64,000 nt of DNA from assembly GCA_951406725.2 (NCBI GenBank), contig OX597840.1, forward strand, positions 3,968,001 through 4,032,000, written 5' to 3'. A program made the position numbers and the translations under genes. This stretch comes from Octopus vulgaris (lineage: Eukaryota). Below the pieces are notes generated by a model that was given only the letters and a program-made list of their open reading frames with translations, was not told the origin of the DNA and searched no databases. Positions 28,206 to 41,513 of this stretch are shown here, in pieces (the stretch's first letter is position 1; every line of letters begins with the position of its first letter).

Positions 28206-28982
28206 CAGCACCACTACTCCGTCATTACCACTACTATCCCAACAAACTAACCACCTTTCAGCTAACCACCCAACCAACCAACTATCCAACCATCTAACCT
28301 CACAACCACCTACTTATCATCAACCACTACCCCTAACCATCCAGCATGATGGTTAGGGATAGCAAGATAGACATCACCTTAAAGACAACGAGATACATGT
28401 TAGGTTTGTTCCTACATACTCAGTAAAGACATTTGAGCTGGTGGCTCGAGAGTTTGGCTTACTTCCCTGAGCCATGCCCCACTGTCTTAAAGGAAGCGGA
28501 CAAACTGGATAATAAACTAGTCCTAGACATTATTTTTCGAATAACAGACGAGATTGTCATGGCAAGAAAGCCTTTGATCATAGGTCATCTTGATCAAGGT
28601 TAAGCTGGGAATAAATAATAACGCCAGCAACGAAAACGATTGGCGAGATGACCACCATCGCTATTATCAACATTATTGTCAACCACATCACATAGACGTG
28701 TGACCTAATGCCTAGTAGTTAGTGTGTTTCACTCACGATCGAGAGAACATAGTTTCGATTCCCAGACCGGCTGTGTATTTTGTTCTTCAGCAAAACATTT
28801 CAGTCTACTCACCAGTAAATAGGCAACCTTACGATGGATTGGTTTGCAAGAGGGAGATTAGGGCACAAGAAAATCAACTGAGCAAAGGTCTCGGAATCCG
28901 ACCCCAAAATCCTAATTCATTACCATCTTAATTATTTCCCCTTATTGGCATTACCATTAGTATCAAAAAGTTTTGTTAGCCC

Positions 28983-29370
28983 AGAAACCTGGACATCAAA
29001 GAATCTTGAGAGGCGGTTGGATGGAACTTACACTCGCCTCCTTAAGAGAGCTCAAATTCTCTTGTGGAAGCGTCATCCACCCAAAATACAAATATATGGG
29101 AAACTACCACCTGTGTCATCTCTTGTGAAAGGTTGGAGAGTCCAGTTTGCTGGACATTGTTGTAGAGCTGAAAACGAGGCAATTTCTACTCTTCTCCTCT
29201 GGAAGCCATCTACTCACAATACCAGAGGGCGCACACTCTCCTACCCTGATGTAATCTCCAGGGATACAGGCATCCAGCAACAGGACCTCCGTAATGCTAT
29301 GACAGACCGTGAAGTCTGGCATAGCATGGTAAATTCCATTGTCTCGACCACGGTCGAACAATGATGATGA
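28983..29370 (+). mobile_element. 5'-truncated RTE-clade LINE 3' end with (TGA)n tail and 11-bp TSD
   Basis: ETWT..LERRLDGTYTRLL..W..H..IYGKLPP..FAGHC.R..LLWKP..DTG is an RTE-type C-terminus. Stop followed by TGATGATGA; TTTGTT(A/G)GCCC at 28972-28982 and 29371-29381. Confidence 0.85.
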
Positions 29371-31359
29371 TTTGTTGGCCCTAAACCAAATTTGAAACCT
29401 TTATTATCAACCACCTATAAAGATGGATTTTCTTTATTACTTCTTCCTCTCTCTTTCATTCTTCCAGTTCTTACTTAAGCCCATCGCTTCCTGTGGAGCC
29501 GTTGGCGACTTCTTTCTTGGTCCAGGAATTGAACCTATGATATTATGACCATGAAATGAACACTCCTAACCACTAAGGGACCTCAGTCATTAACAACTTT
29601 TCTCCACTATTCTTGATTCTGGGCTGTCTTCCCTGCCTTCTTTCCAGTTGAATCCCTATTTTACTTTTTTAGCTTTCCGGCCCTTTCTCAGCTCCTACTT
29701 TAGCTATTTTTAGGGAATCCTCTCTTCTACTTACCTTGTAGGCTTCAGGTCAGAGCCTGATATGCAATGCAGGATATCCTGGATTTTGTTGCACCATGAT
29801 GTGTTTCTCTAAAGAAAAGCCTTCTCCCAGGTTTCATTGGTTTTTAATTGCCATTGATGTTTCTATTCTATGCAGGTGTATTGAACCCTACACAAACTCA
29901 TTTTTATCTCCGGAAGAGATGGTCCATATTAGTCTGGCCTCTTCTTCGACTTGGCCGGGGTGTTATAGCATAGCTTTAATCTCTCTTCTTTAGACAAAGC
30001 ATTGAACCCCAAATCTATTCAATGCGTCCTTTTTAAGACGACAGGAGATGATTTGAAAATTTGCCTACTTTTTCTACCTACCCCGTACAAGCTCCACCAC
30101 TAGTGCGTTCACCAGTAGTCTTATTTCTTAAGCTTTTTGCTCTTTATGGAACAGAGACCATCGACGACCATTCAGTTCTTGACTCTGGGCTTTCTTCTTC
30201 CAAGTTTTTACTTTTTCCAGATAGGGGCGTTGGCCCTACACAAATCCATTTTTACCCCTATAAAGAGGTGTTCCATATTAGCCTGGACTCTATCCTTTGA
30301 CCTGTCCAGCATAGAAGGCCTTATCAGAAGCATACACCTTGCTGGCACAGTTCTTATGGTCCTTTAGGAGGACAAGCCCCTACAACGTGTGAAGGATTTG
30401 TCTTTGTGATGTTTTCTTCTTCCGTATTGCCATCATTTTTATCATCTGCACCAGCATCTTCATCCTCACCTCCATCATTCATACTCAACAAAAAACATAT
30501 TCCAGTATTTCGATTGATCAAATTTAAAAACATACCACACACCACACTCCCCTCCGTTAAAAAAAAACGTGATAAAAATAGAAGAAGTGAAAACGACCAG
30601 GAAGGAATCATGAAGCGAAAACCCCAAAAATAATTGTAAAAGAAAAAAAAACAGAAAAGAACAAAAAGACAATAAAGAAGTTTTCAAGAAAGAAAAAATG
30701 TTACTATGACAACTCCAAAAGAAAAATTATGAAAAACCTATAATATTGAAAAGGAAAATTCAATGATGATGAAGAAATTTTTTTTTTAAATATAACGATA
30801 AAGATACCACTACGACGGAAGAAAAATGTAATAAATACAGGACTGTCATTGAAATTATAATTAATGTTAATGTTATTATAATGAATGTTAATATTATTAT
30901 AATGAATGTTAATGTTATTACTAATGTTTCTTTATTCTACTTTAGCTCTATTTTTTCTGAAATAATTTTTTCACACATTTGCAAAAAAAAAATTTTTTTT
31001 ACAATTTTTTGTGACCCAAGTTTATCTCTTCTTTCTGTCACCTTTTCTTTCAAGCAGGCTCTTTACTGCCCACTTGGACATCGGTCATCTACTCCCTGTT
31101 CAAGGAAACTTCGTGGAATATTGGTTGGTACTTGGCTTGTCTGCATTAGGGGTAGCAAAAATATTTATTTGTTCAATTAGGAACCCGATCTGCTCTTATA
31201 GAAGTCTTGTTATTTTTTTTTATATTATTTTTTTTATACTGTTCTGTTCGTGTTCTTTTTTTCCATTCTGAAGCCCACCCAAACATATCCGGCGTTGCAT
31301 TGTAGCAGAGAGATCGACACGGAAATAATATTGTCTTTCATTACATATTATTATTATTA

Positions 31360-31492
<133 letters not shown>

Positions 31493-31730
31493 TATTACTA
31501 CTTTTATTATCACAACTATATACTATTGCTACTATTACCATTACTATTATTATTACTATTATTATTTTTTTTTTACTGTTGCTGTTGTTTTTGTTATTAC
31601 TGTATTACTGTTCATCTTTCCTGTTACTACAACTCTTATCAGTAGAATTTTCTCTGTGGACTTTTCTGCATATAGATATATACATATATATGTATACATG
31701 TATATGTATGTATATATATATATATATGCA

Positions 31731-31813
<83 letters not shown>

Positions 31814-31850
31814 GTACGCATAAACATATATATATGTTTGTATATATGTA

Positions 31851-31897
<47 letters not shown>

Positions 31898-32127
31898 CTA
31901 TGTGTGCATATATGTATTATATAATTATGCATATGTATGTGTATGCATATACATACAATCATGCATAGGTATATACATGAATATATATATATATGTATGT
32001 ATGCATATGTTGTACTTCATATATGCGGACGTATGAACTTATGTGTCTATTTGAGAAAAATTCATGCGCAAATATGCATGTACATTTTAAGTAAGCTGTT
32101 CATTATTTGATATAAATGTATATGAAC

Positions 32128-32163
<36 letters not shown>

Positions 32164-32309
32164 GTTGTATGAATTATGTTATATTATGTTATATTTATTG
32201 GTGTGTAAACGATGAATTCATCAAGGACGTTGAGTAGAACGGAAGCAGCAGTCAAACTTGTTCACAAATTTATGTTGTCTTACTATTGTATGAATATATA
32301 TAGATGTAC

Positions 32310-32355
<46 letters not shown>

Positions 32356-32531
32356 GTATGTATATATTAGTATATATACATGTGTATATATGTATGCATG
32401 TTTGTATATATGTATTTCATTTTTGTGTTAGACTTCGAAGAATCTTAATGTGAACTCGTGCGTTGAAACAGTTTTTGTCGTATCTCAGAAGCGTCATTAT
32501 GCTACTCACATTTACGAGATATGTATGTGTA

Positions 32532-32612
<81 letters not shown>

Positions 32613-32680
32613 CATATCTGTATATATAATATATATGTGTGTATATATAGATATACATATATATATAAATATATATAAAT

Positions 32681-32955
32681 ATAATATGTGTACAATTATT
32701 CGGTAGCCATGATAAAACTCCGAGTTTCCGCTGTCGGAGCGGAAATCCACTCCGGCATCTCTTCAGTTATTGGGCCATCGAATGGCTCGATAACTGAAGA
32801 GATGCCGGCGTGGATTTCCGCCCCGACATCCGAAACTCCAAGTTTTATCATGGCTACCGAATAATTGTCACATATTATGTTTACAGATAAATTCTTCTAT
32901 TTACATAATATCGAGGTCTCTTTCATTCTTTTGTTGTCTTGCCATTTCTATCAAT
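32681..32955 (+). mobile_element. Fold-back element H-C: ~95-bp inverted repeat with a hammerhead in each arm plus a unique pyrimidine-rich tail, in (TA)n
   Basis: 32681-32778 is the reverse complement of 32782-32878; tail 32879-32955. Confidence 0.8.
32789..32849 (+). ncRNA. Putative type I hammerhead ribozyme (mirror copy at 32712-32770 on the minus strand)
   Basis: GATAA-CTGAAGA-[GATG..stem..CATC]C-GAAA-CT-CCA-AG-TT-TTATC: helix I GATAA/TTATC, intact core, GUU triplet. Confidence 0.7.
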
Positions 32956-34431
32956 ATATATATATGTATATGATACAATTTGTAAACAGAAGAAGACCGT
33001 ATTCAATAACTAATCATATTGTTACAGAATCATATTGTAACACAATTTAAACGACAATTTAAACCGACATCTTAAGAATATCAATTTAGTGAAACGGGAT
33101 ATGATAACGAAACCAACATGTACAGACAAAATAATAGACGAATTGGCTAATGAAAAACGGTTATATGAAAATACTTAAAACGATGGCTATCATAAAAAAA
33201 GCAATATTTTTCAATTTATCAATGAAAATCATTTTATTTGAATGATTATAAAATCAGGTTGAAAGACTCAAATACACACGCTTAAATTATCACTCTGGCA
33301 TGAATCTTAAGTCATCAGGAAAAGAATTCAGTTTAAATAATATATGTGATATATACGTATGTGTACATGTATATATGAGTGCATGTATGTGTGTATGTGT
33401 GTGCATGTATATATATGTATATATATATATATATGTATGTATATATATATATGTATATATATCTATGTATGTATGTATATGCATGATATGTATATACATG
33501 TACATATATAAATTTCAGTATAGATATGTGTATATATGCTTATATACATGCATATGTATACGTGTGCATGGTGCGTGTATGTATGTGTATTGAATATGCA
33601 ATCGTTCTAGTTTTATCTTTTAGCTTTTTTAGGGGTTTTTTTAATATATTTTCGTATGAGTTCCTTTGAGTTTATTTGGAAATAATATAACGCTTTCGCA
33701 TCATCTCACCTGGCACTTTTTTATGCACTACATGACACCACAAAGAACAAAACTAGAGAGAAAACAATAATTATAAAAACAAATACTCAATGCATGAATC
33801 GCCACAAGATGAAATCAATCCTCAAGTTGCAGCAAATTACTAAAAGTAAATACAAGATGAATATAGTCACGATAGAAAAACAACACTAACTGACGTTAAT
33901 CATCATGAATTCAAATTCTAAATGCTTAAACATTATTACCAGTCTCACAGGTCCTTCTTACTATAAAGGTTGAAGCGCAAATGATAACAGAAATCAATTT
34001 AGTCATATGGATGGACTCATGAGGATCGAGACTAGCTTGTGATTGATTTGGGGACTCCGTTGCTTCAAAACAAATTACAAGGTACATATAAGAAAATGTG
34101 GAGAAAAACGTAATTAAAAATAGCCAAAACTAGGTCACCGTCGTGGTTATATTATTTGTTTATAAAACAACCCTGTTTCATATATGTATTAATGAGTGTG
34201 TAAATATGTGTGTGTGTGTGTATGTGTGTGTGTGTATGTGTGTGTGTGTGTAAAGGTAAAGGTTTATTACCGGTAAAGGTTTTAGTTGTCAAATCCGTAC
34301 AAGACATTATAGATCTTTAGCTGGGCTAAAAAATCACATTCAATCACACCACCAGTAACAGTTAAGCTTCGTGCAATGGCCATACTCGATAACGAGGGGG
34401 CAGCCATAATATATATGTGTATGTGTGTATG

Positions 34432-34775
<344 letters not shown>

Positions 34776-35048
34776 ATATATGCTTTATATATATACATAT
34801 ATAAATATGTATATATCTTTTACTGCTGGTCATCTGCTACTCTGGTTGTCTCGTCTCGTTCATCATACGGTTTTTGCTATGGATATATCCTCCACTGTCC
34901 GGGTCCGTATATAAATGGAACGAAATGCTTCAAGCTATGCATAACCAAATGCATGGAAATCCTGAAAAGCTTGCGCGTACCAGGGACCATACTGAACTCC
35001 AGAATGGAAATTCTAGAGCCGTGCTTGCATTTCAGGAGATTTCTCTTA

Positions 35049-35162
<114 letters not shown>

Positions 35163-35178
35163 AGAGAGAGAGAGAGAG

Positions 35179-35376
35179 ACGCCATGACAGATCGTTAGCT
35201 CCTACACGCATTTTTTTCTCTCCTTGTTTTTTTTCTGTGTATCTTTCTGTCGAAGAGCGTAGGCTCGAAACGTAAAAGACTTATTCTATTTCTATTCCTG
35301 AGCGCCATACTAATACATTTGTTTGTTCGTACTCCACCTGCCTTCGTCTTTTGTTTATTTTCGTAAACCTTCCGTT
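35179..35376 (+). mobile_element. Hammerhead-bearing element, family H-A
   Basis: Collinear with 6832-7040(-) and 45445-45670(+); lies between (GA)n/(TA)n and (TA)n. Confidence 0.75.
35242..35279 (+). ncRNA. Putative minimal hammerhead ribozyme with variant core (CUGUCGA)
   Basis: TCTTT-CTGTCGA-A-GAGC-GTAG-GCTC-GAAA-CGT-A-AAAGA: helix I TCTTT/AAAGA, helix II GAGC/GCTC, palindromic loop-less helix III ACGT, GUA triplet. Confidence 0.55.
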
Positions 35377-35397
35377 ATATATATATATATACATACA

Positions 35398-35482
<85 letters not shown>

Positions 35483-35610
35483 AGATTAATCAGCCGAAAT
35501 TGTGAAGATGATCCGGTTCTTGACTGAAAATTGAAGGCTTCGAATGTCTCATCCGTGTTTTTTGTATCGTCTTCTAAATGTTTTGCGTTCTTGTCCCAGT
35601 TTGTATTTTT

Positions 35611-35700
<90 letters not shown>

Positions 35701-35735
35701 TGTATGTATGTATGTATGTATATGCATTGTACAAT

Positions 35736-35887
35736 ACAAGCAAGAGAGTAATATTTCCGAACGCAGCATCGCCATTAAAGTAGCAGAAATAATGGCAGCT
35801 TTCTCTGCGTTCCAAGTGTAATGTTACCTAGTATTTCTGCTGTCTTCATAGCGATGATGCGTTCGAAAATATCGCCATCTTGTTTGT
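35736..35887. repeat. Imperfect ~65-bp inverted repeat
   Basis: ACAAGCAAGA..ATATTTCCGAACGCAGCATCGC..AGCAGAAATA pairs with TATTTCTGCT..GCGATGATGCGTTCGAAAATAT..TCTTGTTTGT. Confidence 0.75.
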
Positions 35888-36163
35888 TTCGTACAATACA
35901 CATTCGATGTTTCTAAAAAAAGATATATATATCTGTAAGTGTATGTACATGTGCGCGCGTGTGTGTATACAAATATTTATACATATATATGTATACGCAC
36001 ACACTCAGATGTATAGAATAAATTGTAAAAGCCTTTATTCAATATATATACGTGTTGTAGAGGACATAATCTTTAAATCTCAGTTTAATTTTAGTAATAC
36101 ATTTTTATATATTTATATATAAATATATATGCATGTGTATGCATGTATATATATATATATATT

Positions 36164-36423
36164 ATAATAATAATAAATAAATGCGCCCTTTTAAAGCCTA
36201 GCCAGGCTCATGGGCCCGGTTTCCCGGTTTCAATGGCGTATGTGTTCCCCAGCTGGACGGGACGCCAGTCCATCGCAGCGTTACTCATTTTTGCCAGCTG
36301 AGTGAACTGGAGCAACGTGAAATGAAGTGTTTTGCTCAAGAACACAACGCGTCGCCTGGTCCAGGAATCGAAACCACAATCTTAGGATCATGGTGCTGAC
36401 ACCCTAACCACTAAGCCACGCGC
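36164..36423 (-). mobile_element. Full-length tRNA-derived SINE S4 with (TTA)n tail
   Basis: Minus strand: GCGCGTGGCTTAGTGGTTAGGG..GGTTTCGATTCC..CTGCGATGGACTGGCGTCCCGTCCAG..GGGCGCATTTATTTATTATT. Confidence 0.88.
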
Positions 36424-36972
36424 TTTCACATACATGTATATAGTGCACATGAAAGTGGCGTACGAACGTACATGTATACCATGTATAAGTAACTAAAGGT
36501 AATACTTCGAACTATTAATTGAAACGTTAATGGTTCGTAATCCCGTGCCAGCACTGCGTCCACAGTCACGATAATCTAAATCCCAATGGATTAGGGCCTA
36601 CAGCTTAAATTTAACATACTCTACTTTAGGTACTTTAGATCGTGTATCCAAGGATAGACGCCTATAACATATGCTCAGAGGCTTCTTTCTTTAGCTTGCA
36701 ATGCAGAATTCAAGTAGACCCGTAGTAGACCCGTAAAACCGGAGCATTATGGGAGACAATCAAACCGAAAGATTTTGTAAAGATGGCGGTTATTTTCACG
36801 TTCTTCTTGTAATTAGTGATACTCTCTTTTTTGTGTTTGTTTCTTCTTTTTTTGTTTTAATTGCCCAACTTCTTCATTAACGTTAACGATCTTTCTATGA
36901 AGGCAGTATGCATAAATATGTACGTACGTATGTATGTATGTATGTATGTATGTATGTATGTATGAATGTATG

Positions 36973-37018
<46 letters not shown>

Positions 37019-37041
37019 CATACATATATACACACATATAT

Positions 37042-37088
<47 letters not shown>

Positions 37089-37210
37089 ATTAATATGTAT
37101 GCATATATATATATATGATTACACATGTATGGGTATTATGTATTATATATACATGTTAGTATGTATGTACATATCGCTTCTTGTTCTCTATATATAAAAA
37201 AAAACACATG

Positions 37211-37249
<39 letters not shown>

Positions 37250-38104
37250 CAGGGTCCCTTTAGTCCCATGGTAATGAGCGGTCAGCCGGAATTTGAGAGG
37301 TACAGGGTTCAGTTCTTTGTAGAGTCTTACAGGCAACCCTCTTCGGTCTTCTACAGAATATTTTACTGTGTTCGAGAATTCCTTTATTTTCTGTCTGTAT
37401 GTCTGTCTGTATGTATGTATGTATGTATGTATGTATGTATGTATGTATGTATGTATGTATGTATGTATATTATGGGTGTATGTTTGTGTGAGCATGAATT
37501 ACTTTATATTGTAAACAGTCGAGCGGGTAAAATAACAAATCAAACCAAAATATGAAATAGAACAGTGCGGTAAAATTTATTTCAAACTGAAACATCACAC
37601 GTCATGACTCGGAGTTGTTTACACGAAATCTCAGCAATTATTGAAATTAATCGAAGGACCTTTCCTTTTCTATACGAAATAAATAACCAAGTGAGAAGCA
37701 GGTTAGTAATAAAAGCCTCTGGATTTCTTTGAAAGATGTAACGTCATCGTACCAAACTGACTAATGCTAATCCGTTAGGACTTTGGAAGTATTTCAACAA
37801 AAATTCAAATTTATGGTGACAAAAACCAACGGATATGAGATGCAGTTTAACAAAAGGAAGGCTGATTTATTTGGCCCATGTAACCGTTTGATACAGATCT
37901 ATACGGTGGTTGACTGTTTGGCATTTGGAAATATTTCAGCGAAAAATTTTTGATTTATGTCTACAAAAATATATTAGATTTGAGCGGGTGTTTGAGGCAG
38001 AATTTTACTGAAAGCGTTTATTCGATTAAAATTCGGAAACACAACGACCATAAACATAATGATGTTGAGAGTCAGTGTTTTGGTATGTCCTTCTTCTAGT
38101 AACA

Positions 38105-38356
38105 ATGCTTTTACTTGTCTCATTCGTTGAACTGCAGCCATCCTGAGGAACTATCTTGAAGGATTTTTGTCAGTATTTATTTTTAAGCTAGGTATGTACT
38201 GTATCGAAACCGTTTGCCGAACTGCTCGGTTTCCGATGGACATAAGCAAATCCAACGCCTCTTGTCAGACGGTGAGGGGGAACAAGCATAAACACAGACA
38301 TACGCAGACTGTCATACAGATAGTTATAGACACACACACACATGTACAAACACGCA

Positions 38357-38403
<47 letters not shown>

Positions 38404-38670
38404 ACACACATATATATATATGTATGTATACATCGGCCTTCCACACAGCCTCTGTCTACCAAATTCACTCACAATGCCTTAGTCGGCCCGGAGCTGTATT
38501 AGAGGACATGTGCTCAAGATTCCGTGCAGTGGGGCTGAACCGGAAACAACGTGGTTGCTACGCGGTTGTCAAGGGATAAGCACATGAACACACACACTCA
38601 CACAAGTACACATATCTAATTATATATATGTGTATGGATGTGTGTGGATGTGTGGGTGTGTGTGTGCGTA

Positions 38671-38741
<71 letters not shown>

Positions 38742-38800
38742 CGAGCTTCCACACAGTTTCCGTCTACAAAATTCATTCGCAATCATTGCTCTGCCCAGGA
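38105..38800 (-). mobile_element. Decayed SINE S1-like copies (two overlapping pieces)
   Basis: CTTTTACTTGT.TCA..CTGCAGCCAT; TCTACCAAATTCACTCACAA; CAGTTTCCGTCTAC. Confidence 0.65.
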
Positions 38801-38805
38801 TTATA

Positions 38806-39144
38806 GACATGGCTGTGTGATAAGAAGCTTGGTTTCAATCATATGGCTCCAGCTTTAGTCCGACCGTGTGGCACCTTGGGCAAGTCTCTTCTACTATAGC
38901 CTCAGGTCAACCAAAGCCTTGTGAGTGGATTTGGTTGACGGAAACTGAAAGAATCCTGTCGTAATATATAAGAAAGAAGAAAGCAAAGGACCACTGATGA
39001 GGTCACAGGAGTGTGACCAAAGAACTCTAGCCGAAATAAGATTAAGATTAACGTAAAAAATTAATAACGCTGAAGCAAAATAGCACCAATTATATAGTGC
39101 GTGTGTTTTTAATTGCTAAACTGGCAAAATCACCATTCCTAAAT

Positions 39145-39176
<32 letters not shown>

Positions 39177-39390
39177 TTGCGTATGTGTCTCTGAATCTGT
39201 GTTTGTCTAACCATTGTCCACCCATTACCGCTTGACAACTGGTAGTGGTGTGTTTACGTCCCTGTAACCTAGCGGTTCGGCAAAAGAGACCAATAGGATA
39301 AGTACTGGGCTTACGAAGAATATGTCCTGAGATCGATTTGTTCGACTAAAAAAAGGAAAAATCTGAAACAAATAAAAGAATAAAAGAATA
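38806..39390 (+). mobile_element. SINE S1 whose internal (TA) tract carries a ~185-bp insert (38970-39152) with a hammerhead-like core
   Basis: S1 5' half ends GAATCCTGTCGTA; 3' half resumes at TGTGTTTGTC..CGCTTGACAAC. The insert has CTGATGA-GGTCACA-GGAG-TGTGACC-AAA-GAAC-TC. Confidence 0.8.
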
Positions 39391-39834
39391 TATAATTTGT
39401 CTCCCATGTACAATTGCTCGCAAATTCTACAGAGTTTTCTTTCTAAGAACTGTTGAGTTAGTTTGAAACAATATATTATCTACTTTTAAACATCTGAGTC
39501 ACTAAGCCACGCTATTTGTCACTTCAATTACGAACACTATTCCTATAAATCAAACGCTATCGTGAACACTCTAACCAAACATATTTGTCTCCGAAGATTT
39601 CTAATGTTCAGTAGATACAGAGGAATGCTGCCAGTTAAAGAAATTCTACCATTAATTGTTCAGTGATGTCTAAGATGTACTTTATGAAGTGAGTGCATTT
39701 TGCTCACTAAATCGTACACAAAACGATGTGTGTATGTACATATGTATGTATGTACGTATGTATGTATGTATGTATGTATGTATTATGTATGTATGTATGT
39801 ATGTATGTGTGGATGGATAGACAGACAGACAGAC

Positions 39835-39955
<121 letters not shown>

Positions 39956-40028
39956 TGTAATATTTTGGACCAATGGATATATATCAATTAGTCTGTTGAT
40001 GTGTTGAGTAAAGCACTGGCACGGTTTG

Positions 40029-40248
40029 GGCAGAAACGTTAGCACGCCGGGCGAAATGCTTAGCGGTATTTCGTCTGCCGTTACGTTGTGAGTTCAAATT
40101 CCGCCGAGGTCGACTTTGCCTTTCATCCTTTCGGGGTTGATAAATTAAGTACCAGTCACGTACTGGGGTCGATGTAATTTACTTAATACCTATGTCTGTC
40201 CTTGTTTGTCCCCTCTGTGTTTAGCCCCTTGTGGGTAATAAAGAAATA
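40029..40248 (+). mobile_element. SINE S2, near full length
   Basis: GGCAGAAACGTTAGCACGCC..GAGTTCAAATTCCGCCGAGGTCGACTTTGCC..GTGGGTAATAAAGAAATA. Confidence 0.92.
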
Positions 40249-40715
40249 GGTATATTTCCGTTGGATCTACTTCACGAATTCAGCAGTGTTAGTTGAGATA
40301 ATAATTGATTACAGAAATAGAAGATGGATGCACAGCATCCCACCCATAAGGGACAGTTGCAGGATGGGTCGAAACGATTCTCGTACAAAATATAGATTAA
40401 TACCAAATCCATCTTGTTTCCTTAATCGACTATATATATAGCTTATTTGAAGCAAAGCTAGAAATCAAGGATCTTGAATTATTCAGTAATTTTTTTGCTA
40501 GTCTATTTTGTCCCTCTGTCTTATCTCATGGTGCGATATGAACATTTAAGGTGGTTCTTAGAGTCAGGGATTTGGCTGCTATTTCGGCATGGTGGTGTCT
40601 CTCAGACACCCTTATTTTTAGTTGTAAAAAATGATTACCTTTGTATGGTATTTATTCCCATGCTGGCCACTTGATAATACCGATATTTAAATATCGATAT
40701 TATCCTTATTTATAA

Positions 40716-40757
<42 letters not shown>

Positions 40758-41103
40758 CAATCTATGGAGAAATTATTTAAATTTGCCCTGTTTATATACC
40801 AACTGTATACGTTACATATATTATTATATCATACATTAATGCTGTGTGGACTGGGATCCCGGTTGACATGCCCCTGATTTTAAATGAAGTGATAAACGCT
40901 TAAGGTATGCAAATTAGCTGTAGCTAATTCTCTGTGGCTACTTGATTTGTTGATTATTTAAGCAGATTGGCTGTTTATTTCTCTGGTATAGGTTAAGTGA
41001 TGTAAACACCTCTGATGAGAACTCAACAAGGCTCGAAAATTGAACCTCTCTTTAAGTACCTAATTCAACTGAATCGTAATTTTATTACATACATATTTAT
41101 ATT

Positions 41104-41158
<55 letters not shown>

Positions 41159-41161
<3 letters not shown>

Positions 41162-41335
41162 TGGACAAACGAAAGAAGGGCACTCAACGTGTTTATTGGG
41201 AGTTACATGTATGGATCAAAACAGTTGGATTCAAATTCGTTGGTACTCCGAGTTTCAAAGTGTGGTGCTAATCTTCAGTCATTGGAAAGTCGGAGTACCA
41301 AGGAATTTGAATCAAACTGTTTGACCCATATACAT
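41159..41335 (-). mobile_element. Fold-back element (~50-bp arms) with hammerhead-like core
   Basis: 41207-41256 pairs with 41285-41335. Minus strand CTGAAGA..GAAA-CTC-G-GAG-TA at 41244-41278; helix I not evident. Confidence 0.6.
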
Positions 41336-41432
41336 ATATACGTGTATGTATGTGTATGTGCGTGTATGTATGTATGTATGTATGTATATCTATATCTATA
41401 TATATATACACGTATGTATGTGTATATATACA

Positions 41433-41513
<81 letters not shown>

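Noticed and set aside
27489-28250. 253-aa Thr-rich mucin-like ORF
   Set aside because: It lies on a 24/25-bp minisatellite nearly lacking stops in all plus frames. The peptide cycles through three repeat registers (TIIITQTS, PLPSLKQ, HHYHHSNK), so frame is not conserved.
32205-32500. Two more hammerhead-like strings (ACGATGA..GAAG; TCGAAGA..GAAA-CAG-TTT-TTG-TC); similar strings at ~2627-2665 and ~52278
   Set aside because: Core substitutions plus no helix I pairing; they cannot be told from chance by eye.
37700-37900. Possible Tc1/maT transposase remnant (NANPLGLWKYF)
   Set aside because: Similarity rests on a few residues with many stops; not supportable without a search.
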